Source: an uncultured Acidobacteriota bacterium (GTDB taxonomy: Bacteria > Acidobacteriota > UBA6911 > RPQK01 > JAPXNP01). Taken from it: 64,000 nt of DNA. The DNA is taken from positions 384,001 through 448,000 of the forward strand of contig CAVZRV010000007.1 in assembly GCA_963777605.1 (NCBI GenBank), written 5' to 3'. The notes beneath the pieces were generated by a model. It was not told the origin of the DNA and made no database searches. It saw only the letters and a program-made list of their open reading frames with translations. Shown here in pieces: positions 61,362 through 64,000 of this stretch. The stretch's first letter is position 1, and each line of letters begins with the position of its first letter. A program made the translations under genes and the position numbers.

Positions 61362-62081
61362 ATGAATCTTCAGAATAGAAATGCCATTGTCACCGGAAGT
61401 ACCAAAGGGATCGGTTTAGCAGTCGCCGAGGCATTGCTTGTCGCCGGCACCAACGTGGTGATCTCTTCTCGCCACGAAAAGGAAGTTGGAGCGACCGTCG
61501 AGCGACTGGCTGCCCGCACGTCTTCGAGGGTGATCGGCCGAGTCTGCGATGTCCAGCGCGCCGATCAGGTCCGAGACCTGGTCGGGTTTACAGTCAGCGA
61601 ACTGGGAGGCCTGGATATTCTGATCAACAACGCCGGTGTGGGAATGTTCCAGGACGTTGAGGAGATGAGCCCGGAGAGTTGGCGCAAGGTCATTGCGACA
61701 AACCTCGACAGCCTCTTTTACACCTGCCACTACGCTATCCCGGAAATGCGCAAGCGCGGCGATGGATTCGTGATCAACATCGGGAGCCTTGCGGGGAAAA
61801 ATGCATTTCCCGGGGGTGCGGCCTACAACGCGTCGAAGTTCGGACTCGTCGGCTTCAGCGAAGCATTGATGCAGGAGGTACGCCACGATGATATTCAGGT
61901 CGCCTACGTCATGCCGGGCAGCGTCGATACCTGGTTCGGGGGAAGACCTCCGGTGGGAGAAGAGTCGTGGAAACTCAGCGCCGGTGACATTGCCCAGATC
62001 GTGATCGAAACCTTGAGCCGCAACTCGCGCTGCCTGACCAGCCGCATTGAAGTGCGTCCCTCCAAACCACCCAAGAAGTGA
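61362..62081 (+). CDS. Short-chain dehydrogenase/reductase
   Basis: TGSTKGIG, NNAG, YNASK, PGSVDT. Confidence 0.93.
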   Translation: MNLQNRNAIVTGSTKGIGLAVAEALLVAGTNVVISSRHEKEVGATVERLAARTSSRVIGRVCDVQRADQVRDLVGFTVSELGGLDILINNAGVGMFQDVEEMSPESWRKVIATNLDSLFYTCHYAIPEMRKRGDGFVINIGSLAGKNAFPGGAAYNASKFGLVGFSEALMQEVRHDDIQVAYVMPGSVDTWFGGRPPVGEESWKLSAGDIAQIVIETLSRNSRCLTSRIEVRPSKPPKK

Positions 62082-62088
62082 AGACGAG

Positions 62089-63039
62089 TTACGGAGACGG
62101 GTATTCCAGTTGGGCCGTCTTGGGGTGAAACCGGGCCAGGAAGTGCTGTGAGCAGGCTCCACAGAAACAGGAGAGTTCCAGGTAACGTCCTCCAGCCTTG
62201 AGGTCGCTGCGATCAAGAATTTTCACCTGCTTCGCATGACACTGAGAACACTCGAGCAGCGAAGTCGGGATCTTGATTTCCGACCGCGTTTTCACCCCGC
62301 GCGGGCGGAAATCCATACCCGCCTTGTGAATCTCGGAGCGAGCGTCGGGGCCGGAAATGTGGACAACTTCACACATCTCCATGAGCCGCGAGTGAAGCCG
62401 CGTCCCGATCCGCTCTTCCAGGTTTTGATCCCCTCCGCGACTCGGTCGCTCTCCCTTCTTCGAGGCCGCCAAAAGGTGCCAGTTGGTCGTCAGAATGGTG
62501 TGCTTCCGGTTGGTATAGCGATAGTTAATCACCATCCTGGTCGTTTCGCGGACCCAATCCGTCGGCCGTCCGGTCCCCAGGTCGTCCCAGATAAGAAGGT
62601 CCGCCTCCATCAGGGGCATCATGACTTCTCGTTCGGTATCCGGGGAATCCGGCCCGTAGGAGTACTGGAGGCGGCGAAGCAGTTCGGCCTCATCAACGAA
62701 CCGTCCGTTGACACCGCGTTCGACCACCAGACTCTTCAGAATAGCCACAGCAAGATGAGTTTTGCCGACGCCACAGTCGCCTACGAACAGCAACCCACGT
62801 TCGACATCCGGAAAACCGTCAACGAAATCGATCGAGCGGGTCAGGGCAGCCTGCTGGGACGGGTGATGCACGGAGTAGAGTTCGAATCCCCGATCAAGAT
62901 AGCGGGGAGGAATCTGGGCCAGTTCAACCCGGCGCGACTTCGAGGCTGAATCTCGACAGTCGGGACAGGGGACTACCGCCTCTGCCGATCCCTTTTGTTG
63001 CAGAATCCAGCCGGTGTCCCGGCACCTCGAGCAAGCCAT
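62089..63039 (-). CDS. DnaC/IstB-like ATPase with N- and C-terminal zinc fingers
   Basis: CSRC..G...CPDC, GDCGVGKTHL, LLIWDDLG, TTN, R.SRLMEMC; tail CSQC...CGAC. Confidence 0.88.
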   Translation of the reverse strand: MACSRCRDTGWILQQKGSAEAVVPCPDCRDSASKSRRVELAQIPPRYLDRGFELYSVHHPSQQAALTRSIDFVDGFPDVERGLLFVGDCGVGKTHLAVAILKSLVVERGVNGRFVDEAELLRRLQYSYGPDSPDTEREVMMPLMEADLLIWDDLGTGRPTDWVRETTRMVINYRYTNRKHTILTTNWHLLAASKKGERPSRGGDQNLEERIGTRLHSRLMEMCEVVHISGPDARSEIHKAGMDFRPRGVKTRSEIKIPTSLLECSQCHAKQVKILDRSDLKAGGRYLELSCFCGACSQHFLARFHPKTAQLEYPSP

Positions 63040-63249
63040 CGAGTGCTCAAGATAGCACGGAGGCAGAAAAATCCGAAAGGTGCGGGGAACCGATTTGGTT
63101 TGAATCTCGCAACGGGCTGACTTAGAATGGTTGCGGAGTCTCTGCTGGCATCGGATCGGCACGATTGCTCCGCATCGGCGGTCCACCGTCTCGGTTGGCT
63201 CGTCAATCCACCTCGAATCTTCAAACGTCTAAGCGTTAAGGATCCTGAA

Positions 63250-63705
63250 ATGAGCCGCAAATACCGACAGGCCGGATATCAGGACTCGGGCCCGAAGGAA
63301 CGCCTGCAACCGCAGCGGTCGGAGCGCAGCCCGCTTCACCGGGAAGGCCCCCGTTCTCCGAAAATGCCGGGACTGGGACGCGTCGTAAAGTGTGCGATGT
63401 GCGGACTGAAGCTGCCGCCGAACTTCGAAGAGATCGCTTACACGAGTCAGTGCCCCAGGTGTTCAGCCGATCTGCACACTTGCCGAAACTGTGTCTTTTT
63501 CAACCCGGCTTCCCGTTTTGAATGCGAGCAGTCGATCCCGCGCAGAGTCAGCCCAAAAGACAAGCGGGCCGACTGCGACTTCTTCGAAGTCCGTTCCACG
63601 GTAGAGAAGATTACGTCTTCAATCACTTCAAACGCCGGAATCAGCGCCGGCCCGCAGAACTCGGACGACGCTCGAACCGCCTTCGAGAACCTCTTCAAAC
63701 GTTAG
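63250..63705 (+). CDS. Hypothetical Cys-rich zinc-binding protein
   Basis: CAMC, CPRC..DLHTCRNCVFF, C, CDFF, AFENLFK. Confidence 0.8.
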   Translation: MSRKYRQAGYQDSGPKERLQPQRSERSPLHREGPRSPKMPGLGRVVKCAMCGLKLPPNFEEIAYTSQCPRCSADLHTCRNCVFFNPASRFECEQSIPRRVSPKDKRADCDFFEVRSTVEKITSSITSNAGISAGPQNSDDARTAFENLFKR

Positions 63706-63723
63706 CAGCCCATTTCGCAAGCC

Positions 63724-64000
63724 ATGAGAATTCTCGTTTGTGTCAAGGAAGTCCCGGACCGGGATTCCCGCTACCAACTTGCCGACGACGGCCGCTGGTA
63801 CGACGAGAGCCAGGTGTCCTTTGTGGCCGGAGAATGTGACGAGTACGCCCTCGAAGAAGCACTCCGCCTGAAGGAGACTCATGGCGGGGAGGTCGTCCTG
63901 GTTTCGGTGGGAGGGATCCGAGCCGAGAAGGTCCTCCGCAAGGGCTTGGCGATGGGTGCCGATCGCGGGATTCTGGTCGTAGCGGACCCGGGCCGGGCTT
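63724..64000 (+). CDS. etfB: Electron transfer flavoprotein beta subunit (partial; runs off the window)
   Basis: Not in the ORF track. Translation: MRILVCVKEVPD...DEYALEEALRLKE...LAMGADRG. Confidence 0.93.
   Translation, partial: MRILVCVKEVPDRDSRYQLADDGRWYDESQVSFVAGECDEYALEEALRLKETHGGEVVLVSVGGIRAEKVLRKGLAMGADRGILVVADPGRA

Noticed and set aside
62089-63039. IS21 IstB helper
   Set aside because: No IstA transposase or inverted repeats; the N-terminal zinc finger fits the DnaC-like type.

Overview
GC-rich bacterial chromosomal window, possibly Acidobacteriota (low-confidence inference from protein types and many apparently leaderless genes). Positions 1-31.3 kb and 57-64 kb are mostly housekeeping or metabolic: the gdhB 3' end, peptidases, a kinase/SPFH/FHA-PP2C signalling block, trmL, ftcD, rplU-rpmA-obgE-nadD-rsfS-rlmH-dksA-comF, trkAH, an amidase, DUF1015, a deoxyhypusine synthase-like gene, a DnaC-like ATPase and etfB. 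A complete IS1182-family element (31765-33578) sits inside a nest of short repeats and palindromes. The most interesting part is a ~21.5-kb locus (35023-56583) that looks like an uncharacterised lipid import, modification and storage system. It encodes FadL, a catalytically dead SGNH protein, several unknown secreted proteins, an SRPBCC protein, an orphan HMG-CoA reductase, a FabG-like SDR, a CrtI/RetSat-like oxidoreductase, TetR, a pseudo-epimerase/MGAT-like acyltransferase fusion, an active and a dead ABC1/UbiB kinase, a phasin-like amphipathic protein, a tandem ArsA/GET3 ATPase pair (one with an in-frame TGA) and a flavin-dependent halogenase. Two genes carry +1 frameshifts that may be assembly errors. 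I found no rRNA, tRNA or CRISPR array. All calls are by-eye motif recognition; no database searches were run.
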